This document shows, one piece after another, positions 54,581 through 64,000 of a stretch of DNA of 64,000 nucleotides. Position 1 is the first letter of the stretch; each line of letters opens with the position of its first letter. Source of the stretch: Candidatus Gottesmanbacteria bacterium. Lineage in GTDB: Bacteria; Patescibacteriota; Microgenomatia; UBA10105; UBA927. The position numbers and the translations under genes were made by a program. The stretch lies in the NCBI GenBank assembly GCA_043798445.1, contig JAZDOQ010000027.1:1265-65264 (forward strand), given 5' to 3'. The notes beneath the pieces are model-generated. The model was not told the DNA's origin. It did no database searches and saw nothing but the letters and a program-made list of their open reading frames with translations.

Positions 54581-57019
54581 ATGTTTCCAAATGAACAAGG
54601 ATTATCTAAGGAAGAAATAATGAAGAGACAGCAACAGTATGGTCTTAACGTTCTTCCTGAAAAACCGCCACCAAGTCAACTATCCCTTGTTGTTGCACAA
54701 TTAAAAAGTCCGCTTGTTTATATTCTGTTGATTGCAGCACTCGTAACGATCGCAATAGGACATATAACTGATGCATGTATCATTCTTGTTGCCGTTCTTC
54801 TCAACACGTTTCTGGGGTATATTCAAGAACGACGTGCAACGAATGCGCTATTCGCTCTTAAAAAATATGTAACTCACACATCCGTTGTCATACGGGAGGG
54901 GAAGCGAATGACAGTACGCACAACTGATATAGTCCCCGGTGACATTGTTATATTGGACCAGGGAGTCAAGATTCCTGCTGACGGAATACTTCTTTTTGCC
55001 AATCGGCTCTATATTGACGAATCTCTTTTAACCGGCGAAAGTGTACCTGTTAATAAAAAGAAGGATGATGAAGTGTCTATGGGCACTATTGTTGCTTCAG
55101 GACAGGGGATGATACGCGTTGAGACAATAGGTGCACAGACCAAAATGGGAACAATAGCAATGCACATCCAACAGGATGAGGAAGATACACCATTGCAACG
55201 TCAATTGAAGAAATTCAGCAAACAATTAGTTATGGTGATTGGAATACTCATCACATCGGTGTTGCTTCTTGGTATTATTTACCAGTTTAGCCTGACTGAA
55301 ATATTTGTAATATCTGTTGCTCTTGCGGTATCAAGTATTCCTGAGGGGCTGTTAGTGTCACTGACGGTTGTTCTTGCCATCGGCATGCAAAAAATAGTGA
55401 GGCACCGCGGACTCGTGAGGAAACTATCAGCAGCAGAGACACTCGGCGGGGTAACCGTTATTTGTGTTGATAAAACGGGCACTCTAACACAAGGAAAAAT
55501 GACAGTTGTTGATCATTTAGGTGATGAAAAAGAATTGGCAAAGCAGACACTTCTGGCAAACGATTTAGATGATCCCATGATTATTTCTGCATTTACATGG
55601 GGAAGAACTATCATTAAAGATTTTGTCTCTGAACATCAACGTCTTGACAGTATTCCGTTTTCGCCAAAAGAACGGTTTTTTATAAGTCTTCATACCTGGA
55701 CAGATACAACAAATATGATTTTTGTCAACGGCGCTCCAGAGTTGCTCCTTTCGTGGTCAAATACAACAGAAAGTGAAAAGAATGAAATGCGTGAAACAAT
55801 TGAAACACTGACAAAACAAGGAAAACGATTGATTGGATTTGCACGAAAAGAGGTGGGTAATACAAAAAAAATCATAGAACAGGATGATGCAAAAGAGGGA
55901 TTAACGTGGGTGGGGTTATTAGCGTTTTCAGACCCCGTACGCTTAGGAGTGAAAGAGGCATTGGATATAGCAAAAACTGCTGGTATAAAAACAATTGTTA
56001 TTACTGGTGATTATCCAAAAACATCAGAATTTGTTTTGTCAGAGCTTGGTATGCCGGTTGATGAAAAAGAAATCATTCTAGGAGAGGAGCTTGAAAACAG
56101 TACACCCGATATATTAAAAGAAAAAGTGAAAATAATACGGTTATTTGCCAGAACTACCCCTGATCAAAAATTACTGATTGTGGACGCATTGAAAAAGAAT
56201 GGAGAAATTGTTGCCATGATGGGAGACGGAGTAAATGATGCACCAGCCCTCCATAAAGCTGATATAGGTATTGTTGTAGGAGAAGCGACAGATGTTGCCA
56301 AAGAATCGGCAGACCTAGTGCTTCTTGATTCAAACTTTTCAACGATCGTGAAAGCAATAGAGGAGGGAAGATCAATGTTTGAAAATATAAGAAAGATTAT
56401 TTTATATCTCATGAGTGATGCGTTTGCGGAGATTATCGTTATTATCGGAGGTATCATACTTGGTCTGCCTCTTCCTCTTACTGCTGTGCAGATTTTGTGG
56501 ATTAATTTGGTGTCTGATGGATTTCCTAATCTTTCATTGACCATTGATCCAAAACGACGCGACCTCATGAAGGAACACCCAAGAAATCCAAAAGAACGGT
56601 TGGTAAACAGATGGATGATGGTGCTTCTTGGCACCGTAAGCACTGTGGCGGGATTGTTGGCATTATCATCGTTCGTTGTGATATATAACATATCAGGAAG
56701 TGTGATGCTGGCACGGTCATTTACATTTATTGTGCTTGGGTTAAACTCTCTAACATACGTATTTTCCGTACGCGTGCTGATGATGCCATTTTGGAAAAAT
56801 CATGTATTTGAAAATAAATGGCTGGTTTTAGCTGTTGGAGCTGGATTCTGTTTGCAAGTTGTTCCGTTCCTTACTCCATCGCTACGGCAATTTTTTGGAT
56901 TGACACACCTTTCTTTTTCATATTGGATTACAGCAATAGCGTTATCTATAACGATGTTTTTTGTGATAGAAATATTTAAACTGGTGTATCGATATAGAAG
57001 AGTAAAAAGACGATCGTGA
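54581..57019 (+). CDS. Cation-transporting P-type ATPase
   Basis: TGES, PEGL, DKTGTLT, TGD, GDGVND. Confidence 0.96.
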   Translation: MFPNEQGLSKEEIMKRQQQYGLNVLPEKPPPSQLSLVVAQLKSPLVYILLIAALVTIAIGHITDACIILVAVLLNTFLGYIQERRATNALFALKKYVTHTSVVIREGKRMTVRTTDIVPGDIVILDQGVKIPADGILLFANRLYIDESLLTGESVPVNKKKDDEVSMGTIVASGQGMIRVETIGAQTKMGTIAMHIQQDEEDTPLQRQLKKFSKQLVMVIGILITSVLLLGIIYQFSLTEIFVISVALAVSSIPEGLLVSLTVVLAIGMQKIVRHRGLVRKLSAAETLGGVTVICVDKTGTLTQGKMTVVDHLGDEKELAKQTLLANDLDDPMIISAFTWGRTIIKDFVSEHQRLDSIPFSPKERFFISLHTWTDTTNMIFVNGAPELLLSWSNTTESEKNEMRETIETLTKQGKRLIGFARKEVGNTKKIIEQDDAKEGLTWVGLLAFSDPVRLGVKEALDIAKTAGIKTIVITGDYPKTSEFVLSELGMPVDEKEIILGEELENSTPDILKEKVKIIRLFARTTPDQKLLIVDALKKNGEIVAMMGDGVNDAPALHKADIGIVVGEATDVAKESADLVLLDSNFSTIVKAIEEGRSMFENIRKIILYLMSDAFAEIIVIIGGIILGLPLPLTAVQILWINLVSDGFPNLSLTIDPKRRDLMKEHPRNPKERLVNRWMMVLLGTVSTVAGLLALSSFVVIYNISGSVMLARSFTFIVLGLNSLTYVFSVRVLMMPFWKNHVFENKWLVLAVGAGFCLQVVPFLTPSLRQFFGLTHLSFSYWITAIALSITMFFVIEIFKLVYRYRRVKRRS

Positions 57020-57061
57020 TGATTTTGTGAGATGCGCTCATTGGCGTATGCTGTATACTGA

Positions 57062-57859
57062 ATGTATACGAAAAAACACAAGAATTTTTTTCAACATATC
57101 ATGGTTAAGCATCCTTTTGCCTTCACGCTGATTGAAATTTTATTAGTTGTCACAATTATTGGTATTATTGCACCAACTGCATATCTTGGAGTGTCCTCAT
57201 ATTTTGCCCAAGCACATGATTTTCAAAGAAAAAAGGATTTAAAAGATCTCGAAGTTGTTATGGAATATTACTATGATGCGGCAACCGCATACCCCTCTGC
57301 CATACCAGCGTGCGGTAAACCGCTTATGTATAACGATAAAGTCATTCTTGATTCATTTCCGTGTGATCCAACAACAAATGAGCCGTACACCTATCTCACT
57401 GATGAATTAACGCAATATCAATGGTACAAAATTTATACACATTTGGAGCGAAATGCAGATCAATCCATTCCGCTTATCGGGTGTTCTGATGGATGCGGAC
57501 CGGAATGTGCATATAACTTTGGCGTTGCGAGCTCAAACATATCTATTACTGCGTGTGTTTGGTCAGGACCGGATATTTCACCAAGACCAACGGAAGAACC
57601 AACAGAAACACCACAACCAACCATACAAACGGATCCATCGAACTATCCAGCAGAACCAACGCTGTCACCAGCGCCGACACCGGCGTATTCGAATTATGTT
57701 TGTGCGCCCGGCGGCGGCCAGCTGGGATTTTGCGAAGTGTTTGATGATCCCGATCGGAGCTTATGTCCGTTTGTTTATCTTGATGACCCGACCTGTCAGA
57801 ATAAATGCGACGATAAAAATAATCGGTGCAAAAATTCCTCAGGAAAATATATACCGTAA
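57062..57859 (+). CDS. Type IV pilin / GspG-like pseudopilin with Pro/Thr- and Cys-rich tail
   Basis: AFTLIEILLVV N-methylation motif, D-QRK-DL. Confidence 0.82.
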   Translation: MYTKKHKNFFQHIMVKHPFAFTLIEILLVVTIIGIIAPTAYLGVSSYFAQAHDFQRKKDLKDLEVVMEYYYDAATAYPSAIPACGKPLMYNDKVILDSFPCDPTTNEPYTYLTDELTQYQWYKIYTHLERNADQSIPLIGCSDGCGPECAYNFGVASSNISITACVWSGPDISPRPTEEPTETPQPTIQTDPSNYPAEPTLSPAPTPAYSNYVCAPGGGQLGFCEVFDDPDRSLCPFVYLDDPTCQNKCDDKNNRCKNSSGKYIP

Positions 57860-57871
57860 TAAGCTGTATGT

Positions 57872-58267
57872 TTACTGATATTTCTTTGCAAATTCACCAA
57901 ACCAATCTATTGGTTTTTGATCCTCCGCTTTTCCGTTGTAATTGACCGTAATTTCTTCACCTGTTTTTATATTCCTGACCGCTTGATAGATCATTGTTTT
58001 TGCGTGGAAATCCTGTTTCCACTGGGTATTTGGTGTAAACGAGTGATTGTAGATTGAACCGTATCCAAGAACCATAGCGCCACACCTCATGCTCGTCCAG
58101 GGATAGAGATAATAAGCAAGAATGGTGTGTTCACAGTGAGTCCGTTCTTTGGGGGAAAGATATACGATAGGGCATGTTTCAATGATTTCCCCTTTCACAA
58201 AATTTTTTCCTGCAAAAACACCACGCCCTTTTTTACCAGTCTCTTTTACAACGACTGATAAATTCAT
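57872..58267 (-). CDS. SET domain protein
   Basis: KGRGVFA, YNHS-PN, I--GEEITVNY. Confidence 0.92.
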   Translation of the reverse strand: MNLSVVVKETGKKGRGVFAGKNFVKGEIIETCPIVYLSPKERTHCEHTILAYYLYPWTSMRCGAMVLGYGSIYNHSFTPNTQWKQDFHAKTMIYQAVRNIKTGEEITVNYNGKAEDQKPIDWFGEFAKKYQ

Positions 58268-58286
58268 GGAAATAGATGATGAAACA

Positions 58287-58778
58287 TCAGAGCCACCGGA
58301 CATACGTGCATCCCGTTGCTTGTTTTTTTTCGCGATCCCATCCTGCAGTTGAACATTTCTTCATTTTTTTGCCTGATGCTGTTGTGTACAATACAAGTTT
58401 TTCAGCGCATTCCGGACATTCTTCATCAAGCGGTTCTGTTGTACCATTAATCCATTCAACATAGTCACATCCTGTCACCTGTTTTTTTGTTGCATCCCAA
58501 CCACCAGTTGAACATTTTTTCATTTTCTTTCCAAAACGTGTCATGGAAAGAACGAGCGGGGCATCACACTTTGGACATGTTTCCTCAAGTGTTTGTGGCT
58601 CAAAGGGAAGCCAAAGAACGTAATCACACCCGTCAATTTTTTTTGTATCTGTATTCCACATGCCCGCGTTACAGCGTCGTAGTTTTTTTCCGGAACCTGT
58701 GATAACGATCTCACTGAGGTTGCTGCCGCATTTTGGACACGTTTCTTGTGTGTTAGTTGGATGTTGTTGTGTATTCAT
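58287..58778 (-). CDS. Topoisomerase-type C4 zinc-ribbon repeat protein
   Basis: Three CP-C...C...GC-YV-W repeats. Confidence 0.85.
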   Translation of the reverse strand: MNTQQHPTNTQETCPKCGSNLSEIVITGSGKKLRRCNAGMWNTDTKKIDGCDYVLWLPFEPQTLEETCPKCDAPLVLSMTRFGKKMKKCSTGGWDATKKQVTGCDYVEWINGTTEPLDEECPECAEKLVLYTTASGKKMKKCSTAGWDREKKQATGCTYVRWL

Positions 58779-58897
58779 ATTGTCATACTATAGCATGGAT
58801 ATTTCAAAAAATGTATGGAGAAAAATTTTTATGCGTATATCTCCTCTTAACAAATGTGATGTCTATTGGTTATACTCTAATAACCAAAATGTGACAT

Positions 58898-59503
58898 ATG
58901 ATTACAGAGCTCATTTTTGATGTTGAAACAAAAAAGTTATTTAGCGATATAACAACGGATGACCCGGGAGAGTTGGGGGTGTCAGTTGTTTCTGTGTACA
59001 GAAGAACATTAAACACCGCACTTGAAGAAATTGAAGGCGAAATGAGGAGTTTTTGGGAAAAGGATTTTTTTTCGATGTGGCCATGGTTTGTGAAAGCAGA
59101 TAGAATAATCGGGTTTAATTCATTAAAATTTGATGTTCCGGCACTCAGGCCGTATGCGCCAGTAACGTTTTCTACATTGAAACACTTCGATATTATGGAA
59201 TTAGTCCGCCAAAAACTCGGAAGACGAATTGGACTGAGCGCGCTTACAAAAGATACATTAGGAAATGAAAAAACCGATGTTGGTACCAACGCAGTTATCT
59301 ATTGGACGAAAGGCGACCCAGTCAATTTACGTAAATTACAAACATATTGTGAAGCGGATGTTGTGTTAACCCGAGATCTCTATGATTTTGGAAGGAAGAA
59401 TAAATACCTCAAATATCGTGATAAATGGAATAATATTGTAACCATTGATATAGATTTTTCATACCCAATTAAAAAAGAAGAACCTCAAATAGGATTATTT
59501 TAA
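58898..59503 (+). CDS. RNase H-like (YprB/DnaQ) exonuclease domain protein
   Basis: FDVET, IGFNS--FD, YC--DV. Confidence 0.85.
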   Translation: MITELIFDVETKKLFSDITTDDPGELGVSVVSVYRRTLNTALEEIEGEMRSFWEKDFFSMWPWFVKADRIIGFNSLKFDVPALRPYAPVTFSTLKHFDIMELVRQKLGRRIGLSALTKDTLGNEKTDVGTNAVIYWTKGDPVNLRKLQTYCEADVVLTRDLYDFGRKNKYLKYRDKWNNIVTIDIDFSYPIKKEEPQIGLF

Positions 59504-60298
59504 TGCAAGTAGGCGTTTAATTGCATCTATCTTCTTTTCTGTTTCGTCAATGCCAAGTTGGATGGTTGGTCCACCGTGAACTGATTCTGTAATATTTTTT
59601 GGTGTTACGCGCGGCTCTATAATGATATCTGCGTACTTACTATTTTCTTTTGCTAAACTATACCGCAAACTGTTGATTGTTGACCACGCGACGGAGATTG
59701 ACGACGGTTGTTTTTGCGGTTGATTTGATTCTTTATTGACAAGATATGCATCACAATTAACTGCAATGACGATATCAGCCCCCATGCCACGTACAACTGA
59801 TGCGGGAACAGGCAGCGATATCCCGCCATCCATGAGGTATGAATTATCGATTTTCATAGGTTGAAAAAGCAGAGGGACTGAACTACTTGCGCGTACAGCA
59901 TTAATCAGATCTCCGTGTTTGATAATAACCGGTTCACCAGATGCAACATTTGTAGCCACAGCCGCAAAAGGAAGAGAAAGAGATTCTATAGTGCGTTTCC
60001 CTATATAATGTGCCAAAAATTCAATAGCACGTTGCCCTTTTATAACACCGGAAGAAAAGGCTGCATCGGTAAGAATCCATGCCAAGTCACGATAGCCAAA
60101 AGCTTCCACAATCGCTTCCACCTTGTTAATATCTCCAAGCGCTGCGAATACGCCGCCAATGACGGATCCTGCGCTGGTTCCTGCAATCATATCAATGGGG
60201 ATTTGGTGAGCAAGAAGGGTTTTAATAACACCAATATGAACGAGTCCTCGTACACCACCACTGCCAAGCGCAAGTCCAACCATTTTTCGTTTCTTCAT
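59495..60298 (-). CDS. Patatin-like phospholipase
   Basis: GSGG-RG, GTSAG, DGG. Confidence 0.93.
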   Translation of the reverse strand: MKKRKMVGLALGSGGVRGLVHIGVIKTLLAHQIPIDMIAGTSAGSVIGGVFAALGDINKVEAIVEAFGYRDLAWILTDAAFSSGVIKGQRAIEFLAHYIGKRTIESLSLPFAAVATNVASGEPVIIKHGDLINAVRASSSVPLLFQPMKIDNSYLMDGGISLPVPASVVRGMGADIVIAVNCDAYLVNKESNQPQKQPSSISVAWSTINSLRYSLAKENSKYADIIIEPRVTPKNITESVHGGPTIQLGIDETEKKIDAIKRLLALK

Positions 60299-60314
60299 AT
60301 GGATAGTATATCAA

Positions 60315-61088
60315 TTATGTGAGAACAAAAAAGTAGAAAACACCCGCAAGAACAATACGATACACTGCAAATGGTAAGAATGAATTATTTTTTACAAATC
60401 GAAGGAATGTTTTAATTGCAAGAAGCGCCGTTACAAAAGATGTGACAAGTCCAACGGTAAGAAGTAATACCGTTGAAGTGTTGATGATAATAGGAGATTT
60501 TAATACATCAAGTCCAACCGCCGCTATCATTGTTGGAATAGCAAGAAGAAATGAAAATTCAACAGAAAGCTCTCTGGAGAGTCCTGTCAGTAGCCCGCTA
60601 CATATTGATGCTGCAGACCGTGATACTCCCGGAATCATGGAAAATGTTTGGCCAATTCCTATACATATCGCCTGTTTAGGGGTAATCTGTTCAAGCACTG
60701 TTGTTTTTCGCGGGAACCTTTTAACGGCATTCTCAATAAGAAAAAATGCAATACCGCCAATGCATAAAGAAGCAACAACAACAAACGGATTTCCTAATAG
60801 ATAGTGTTTGACAATTTTATAGAGCAAAAATCCAATAATTGCTGTTGGAATAAATGCAAACAATAATGGTTTCCACAGGAATCGTTTTGATAGGAGGGTC
60901 CGTGCGTACAAAACAACGGCAGCAGCAATTGCTCCAAGCTGAATAATGATTTCAAACGATGTTAAAAAATCTGTTTGAGGAATCGCAAATAGTTTTCCGA
61001 ATAAAATCATGTGTCCTGTTGATGAAACCGGTAAAAATTCCGTAATTCCTTCGACGAATCCAAGAAGCAGTGCGTGAATAAGATTCAT
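60315..61088 (-). CDS. uppP: Undecaprenyl-diphosphatase
   Basis: EGITEFLPVSSTGH, PGVSRS. Confidence 0.95.
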   Translation of the reverse strand: MNLIHALLLGFVEGITEFLPVSSTGHMILFGKLFAIPQTDFLTSFEIIIQLGAIAAAVVLYARTLLSKRFLWKPLLFAFIPTAIIGFLLYKIVKHYLLGNPFVVVASLCIGGIAFFLIENAVKRFPRKTTVLEQITPKQAICIGIGQTFSMIPGVSRSAASICSGLLTGLSRELSVEFSFLLAIPTMIAAVGLDVLKSPIIINTSTVLLLTVGLVTSFVTALLAIKTFLRFVKNNSFLPFAVYRIVLAGVFYFFVLT

Positions 61089-61102
61089 AGAAGAATACTA
61101 TT

Positions 61103-61297
61103 TTATGTAATTACCTCAATTGCAGCATTTGGACAAGCAGCGGCAGCTTCTCTAGCAAGTTTTTCATCAACTTCAGTATATGTTGATGGATCCTTTTTGA
61201 TTGCAACAATACCGGTATCAATGGAAAAAAGCTCAGGTGCAATGGATGAACACATGCCGCATGATAAACATTTGTCTGTATGAACAGTGATAATCAT
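61103..61297 (-). CDS. Ferredoxin
   Basis: C-x2-C-x2-C...CP; AAGGAGGAGG RBS before ATG 61297. Confidence 0.88.
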   Translation of the reverse strand: MIITVHTDKCLSCGMCSSIAPELFSIDTGIVAIKKDPSTYTEVDEKLAREAAAACPNAAIEVIT

Positions 61298-61308
61298 ATG
61301 CCTCCTCC

Positions 61309-61725
61309 TTATATTTTTATTCGATACCGTTTTATGTGTGTGGCGCCCGTTGTCAATTGTGCTGTGATGGTGAGTGTTGCTTGAGAAATGTTGTAATGCG
61401 GTGTGCATACCCCATGGCTGCACGTACCGAAATAGAGATCGCGTGAATCAGACACAAGACCAGTTGTTTGCACTGTTCCCATTGCGCCCTGAGTGATGCC
61501 ATTTGCTACATACCGTAACTCATATAAAATTCGTTTTACAGTACCTAAATTTTGAAACGTTACAACAACACTGTTGGTTGATCGAGACAGTTTTGCTGTT
61601 GAGTATGAAACACTTCTTTGCCCTGAAACCGTTGCCTTTTTAACCCGTAGTTTTGCTGCATACATAGGAGACACAAGAAGGAAGCAAAAAATAACGCCTA
61701 AAATAGCTCGCGAAGCATACTTCAT
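61309..61725 (-). CDS. Secreted hypothetical protein
   Basis: Signal peptide, GTCS-GVC-PH motif. Confidence 0.7.
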   Translation of the reverse strand: MKYASRAILGVIFCFLLVSPMYAAKLRVKKATVSGQRSVSYSTAKLSRSTNSVVVTFQNLGTVKRILYELRYVANGITQGAMGTVQTTGLVSDSRDLYFGTCSHGVCTPHYNISQATLTITAQLTTGATHIKRYRIKI

Positions 61726-61776
61726 AATAGCTCATATTATATACCGCATATAGAAAATTTGGTAGAATGATCCTAT

Positions 61777-62385
61777 ATGAAAAAGCATATTATCATAGCA
61801 GGCGCTATTTTAGTCGTTGGATTAACAGTTGCAGGTCTTCTTGTGTTTAAAGATAGAATTTTCAAGAAATCCTCTGTTTCTCAGACGGTTGAAGAAATGA
61901 AAAAAGAAGTAGACCTATGGGAAGACCAAGCAGGATTTTCGTTCCAATATCCAAAAGGAATAGTGATAGATAAACACGATGAAGATACTGAAAATTATGC
62001 ACACCTTGAATTAACCGAAGCCTCACACAAAGGCCGGCTTATTGTGTGGGCAAAGGATACGCTCTACGGAGACGTTGATACGTGGGTAAAAAAAGATGCG
62101 TCTTTGAAAGAGGCTTCCGTCATTGATACGACACTTGGAGGAAAACCGGCAAAAAAAATCATTCTTACTAGTGCAACAAAAAAATTAATAACCGGAGTAA
62201 TTGATGATCAAATTTTGTTTACCATTGAGGCAGAAACAGAAGGAAATGTGTTTTGGCAAGAGACATACGACATAATTGTTCAAAGCTTTGTGTTTACTCC
62301 TATAGTTGGTCAAAAATCATCAGATAACGAGCCGACTATTGAAAATTCAGGTTCTGTTATTGATGAGGAAGAGGTGTTGGAATAA
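61777..62385 (+). CDS. Membrane-anchored PsbP-like protein
   Basis: N-terminal TM, GFSFQYP, I-QSF-F. Confidence 0.65.
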   Translation: MKKHIIIAGAILVVGLTVAGLLVFKDRIFKKSSVSQTVEEMKKEVDLWEDQAGFSFQYPKGIVIDKHDEDTENYAHLELTEASHKGRLIVWAKDTLYGDVDTWVKKDASLKEASVIDTTLGGKPAKKIILTSATKKLITGVIDDQILFTIEAETEGNVFWQETYDIIVQSFVFTPIVGQKSSDNEPTIENSGSVIDEEEVLE

Positions 62386-62420
62386 TCGCGATTTATTATT
62401 CGGTGTGATATACTCTCGCT

Positions 62421-62696
62421 ATGTCTATAAATCTATTTATTGGAAATTTACCATATACGACGGATGATGGTAAGCTCGGCGAAATATTTGCTCCCGCGGG
62501 AGTTGTCGTTTCTGCTCATGTGATTACGGATAAATATTCAGGTCGATCGCGAGGATTTGGATTCGTTGAAATGAGTTCAGACGAAGAAGCAAAAAAAGCA
62601 ATAGAATTATTAAACGGCACGGTCGTCGAAGGAAGACCACTCGTAGTCAATGTTGCGAAACCACCTGCACCAGGCGTAAGTAATGTTATGGTGTAG
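62421..62696 (+). CDS. RRM RNA-binding protein
   Basis: LFIGNL (RNP2), RGFGFVEM (RNP1). Confidence 0.95.
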   Translation: MSINLFIGNLPYTTDDGKLGEIFAPAGVVVSAHVITDKYSGRSRGFGFVEMSSDEEAKKAIELLNGTVVEGRPLVVNVAKPPAPGVSNVMV

Positions 62697-64000
62697 GAGT
62701 TGGTGATGGAAGTGTCTGGCATCTTCCGCCAGTTGGTTCCGTTCCTCTTATAAAGTATTCCGGTCGACCAAAATAACAGGGAAGTGATACAACATTTTCA
62801 CTTCTTGTGACAATCTCATCCTGCTTATCTTTGAGAAGTTCAACCATAATATCGTGCCAAATAGGAGCAGCCCCAGTAATGCCAGATGAAAGATGGGGAT
62901 TCATCGGAGCATTATCATTGTTTCCAACCCAGACCGTTGTTACATATGATGGCGTATATCCGATGGTCCAATTGTCCCGTTTGTCATTACTTGTTCCGGT
63001 TTTTACGGACACGGTTTTTCCTGGAATTACCAGTGTTGAATTTGGACCAAATGCATTAGTGCGTGCAGCATTATCACTTAATATATTGCTCATAATCCAT
63101 GCAACGTCTTCTTTAACAGCCTGAACACCGCTTTGTACTTTGTTCCGTTCATATACTTTACCGGTATAATCAGTGACCTCTAATATTGACACCACATCTT
63201 TTCGGATGCCGCTATTTGCGAGCGTGCCGAATACTTCTGCCATATCAAGCATGGTGACATCACCTCCACCGAGAGTGATAGATAAGCCATATCGCGATTC
63301 GTCGGTCCATGACCCGATTCCCATTGCTTTTCCTTTTGCAACAATCGAACTAACGCCGAGCCGTGCAGCAAGTTTGACAGCGGGGATGTTGTAGGAATTG
63401 GCAAGTGCGTAGCGAAGCGGTGTAGCACCATGAAATTTTCCATCATAATTCACCGGTGCATACGGAGGATTATTTGGAATAGTATAAACAACAGGAGAAT
63501 CATCAAGAACAGATGCGGCAGTGAACCCATTTTCAAGAGCAAGTGCGTAGGTGACAACCTTAATTGAAGAACCTGGTTGACGAAGCGCGGTTGTAACATT
63601 CACATTGCCATCACGCTTCGCATCAAAATAATTTCTGCTTCCAACCATAGCAAGAATCTCTCCAGTTTTAGGATTTGTCACAAGCGCCGCACCATTTCCA
63701 ACATTGAGTCGTGCAAGACTGTCAATATTTGATGTGACAATATCTTGGATTTTTTCTTGTATGGCGACATCAAGTGAAGTCACAACCCGAAGTCCGCCAT
63801 GTTCCACGCGTCTCGTACCGTACCGTTTTTCAAGAATGTCTTTTATATACATGACAAAATGTGGGGCGCGTATGGAAACATTCGGTGTTGCGAAACGAAT
63901 TGTTTCTGCGTACGCTTCCAGTGCTTCTTCTTTTGTGATATACCCGTCCTCAATCATTCGTCTTAGTACTTCTGCCTGACGATTGAATGCTTTTTCCGGA
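62686..64000 (-). CDS. Class A penicillin-binding protein, 5' part outside the window
   Basis: RQPGSSIK, SYN, KTGT transpeptidase motifs. Confidence 0.93.
   Translation of the reverse strand, partial: PEKAFNRQAEVLRRMIEDGYITKEEALEAYAETIRFATPNVSIRAPHFVMYIKDILEKRYGTRRVEHGGLRVVTSLDVAIQEKIQDIVTSNIDSLARLNVGNGAALVTNPKTGEILAMVGSRNYFDAKRDGNVNVTTALRQPGSSIKVVTYALALENGFTAASVLDDSPVVYTIPNNPPYAPVNYDGKFHGATPLRYALANSYNIPAVKLAARLGVSSIVAKGKAMGIGSWTDESRYGLSITLGGGDVTMLDMAEVFGTLANSGIRKDVVSILEVTDYTGKVYERNKVQSGVQAVKEDVAWIMSNILSDNAARTNAFGPNSTLVIPGKTVSVKTGTSNDKRDNWTIGYTPSYVTTVWVGNNDNAPMNPHLSSGITGAAPIWHDIMVELLKDKQDEIVTRSENVVSLPCYFGRPEYFIRGTEPTGGRCQTLPSPTPTP

Noticed and set aside
58287-58778. DNA direct repeats such as CAGTTGAACATTT
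   Set aside because: Explained by the three zinc-ribbon repeats of the encoded protein.
1-64000. Alternative genetic code (UGA read as Gly)
   Set aside because: Conserved genes are intact in code 11 and several end at TGA at the expected position (hmgA, dnaG, Fic).

Overview
Chromosomal window of a low-GC, reduced-genome bacterium, most likely Patescibacteria/CPR of the Microgenomates group (inferred from the VirB4/PrgI/VirD4-like genes with tandem VirB2-like pilins, the archaeal-type mevalonate operon and frequent leaderless genes). The backbone carries nadD/nadE, an ECF sigma factor, mevalonate genes plus uppS, smpB-ssrA, comF, surE, dedA, dnaG-rpoD, a P-type ATPase, uppP, a PBP1A fragment and seven tRNAs (all four Ser isoacceptors, two Arg, one Asn). 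The most striking unexplained structure is a set of integrase-less gene-cassette arrays anchored at tRNA 3' ends: six units after tRNA-Asn (46224-53273) and smaller ones after tRNA-Ser(TGA) and tRNA-Ser(GGA). The cassettes are delimited by two-part repeats (box A right after each cargo stop, box B before the next cargo). On the minus strand box A encodes a conserved peptide, (W/L)LRAMDDVRT(Y/F)(Y/F) or (W/L)RRTIxxVITY(F/Y), with mostly synonymous variation. I interpret these as att junctions carrying the C-terminal remnant of a recombinase gene, which makes the arrays an integron-like accretion platform; this is inference. Small GIY-YIG genes with REP-like hairpins sit directly behind two tRNAs, and one copy of that REP lies in frame inside the HMG-CoA reductase gene. 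Products were assigned by reading motifs by eye; no database search was run.
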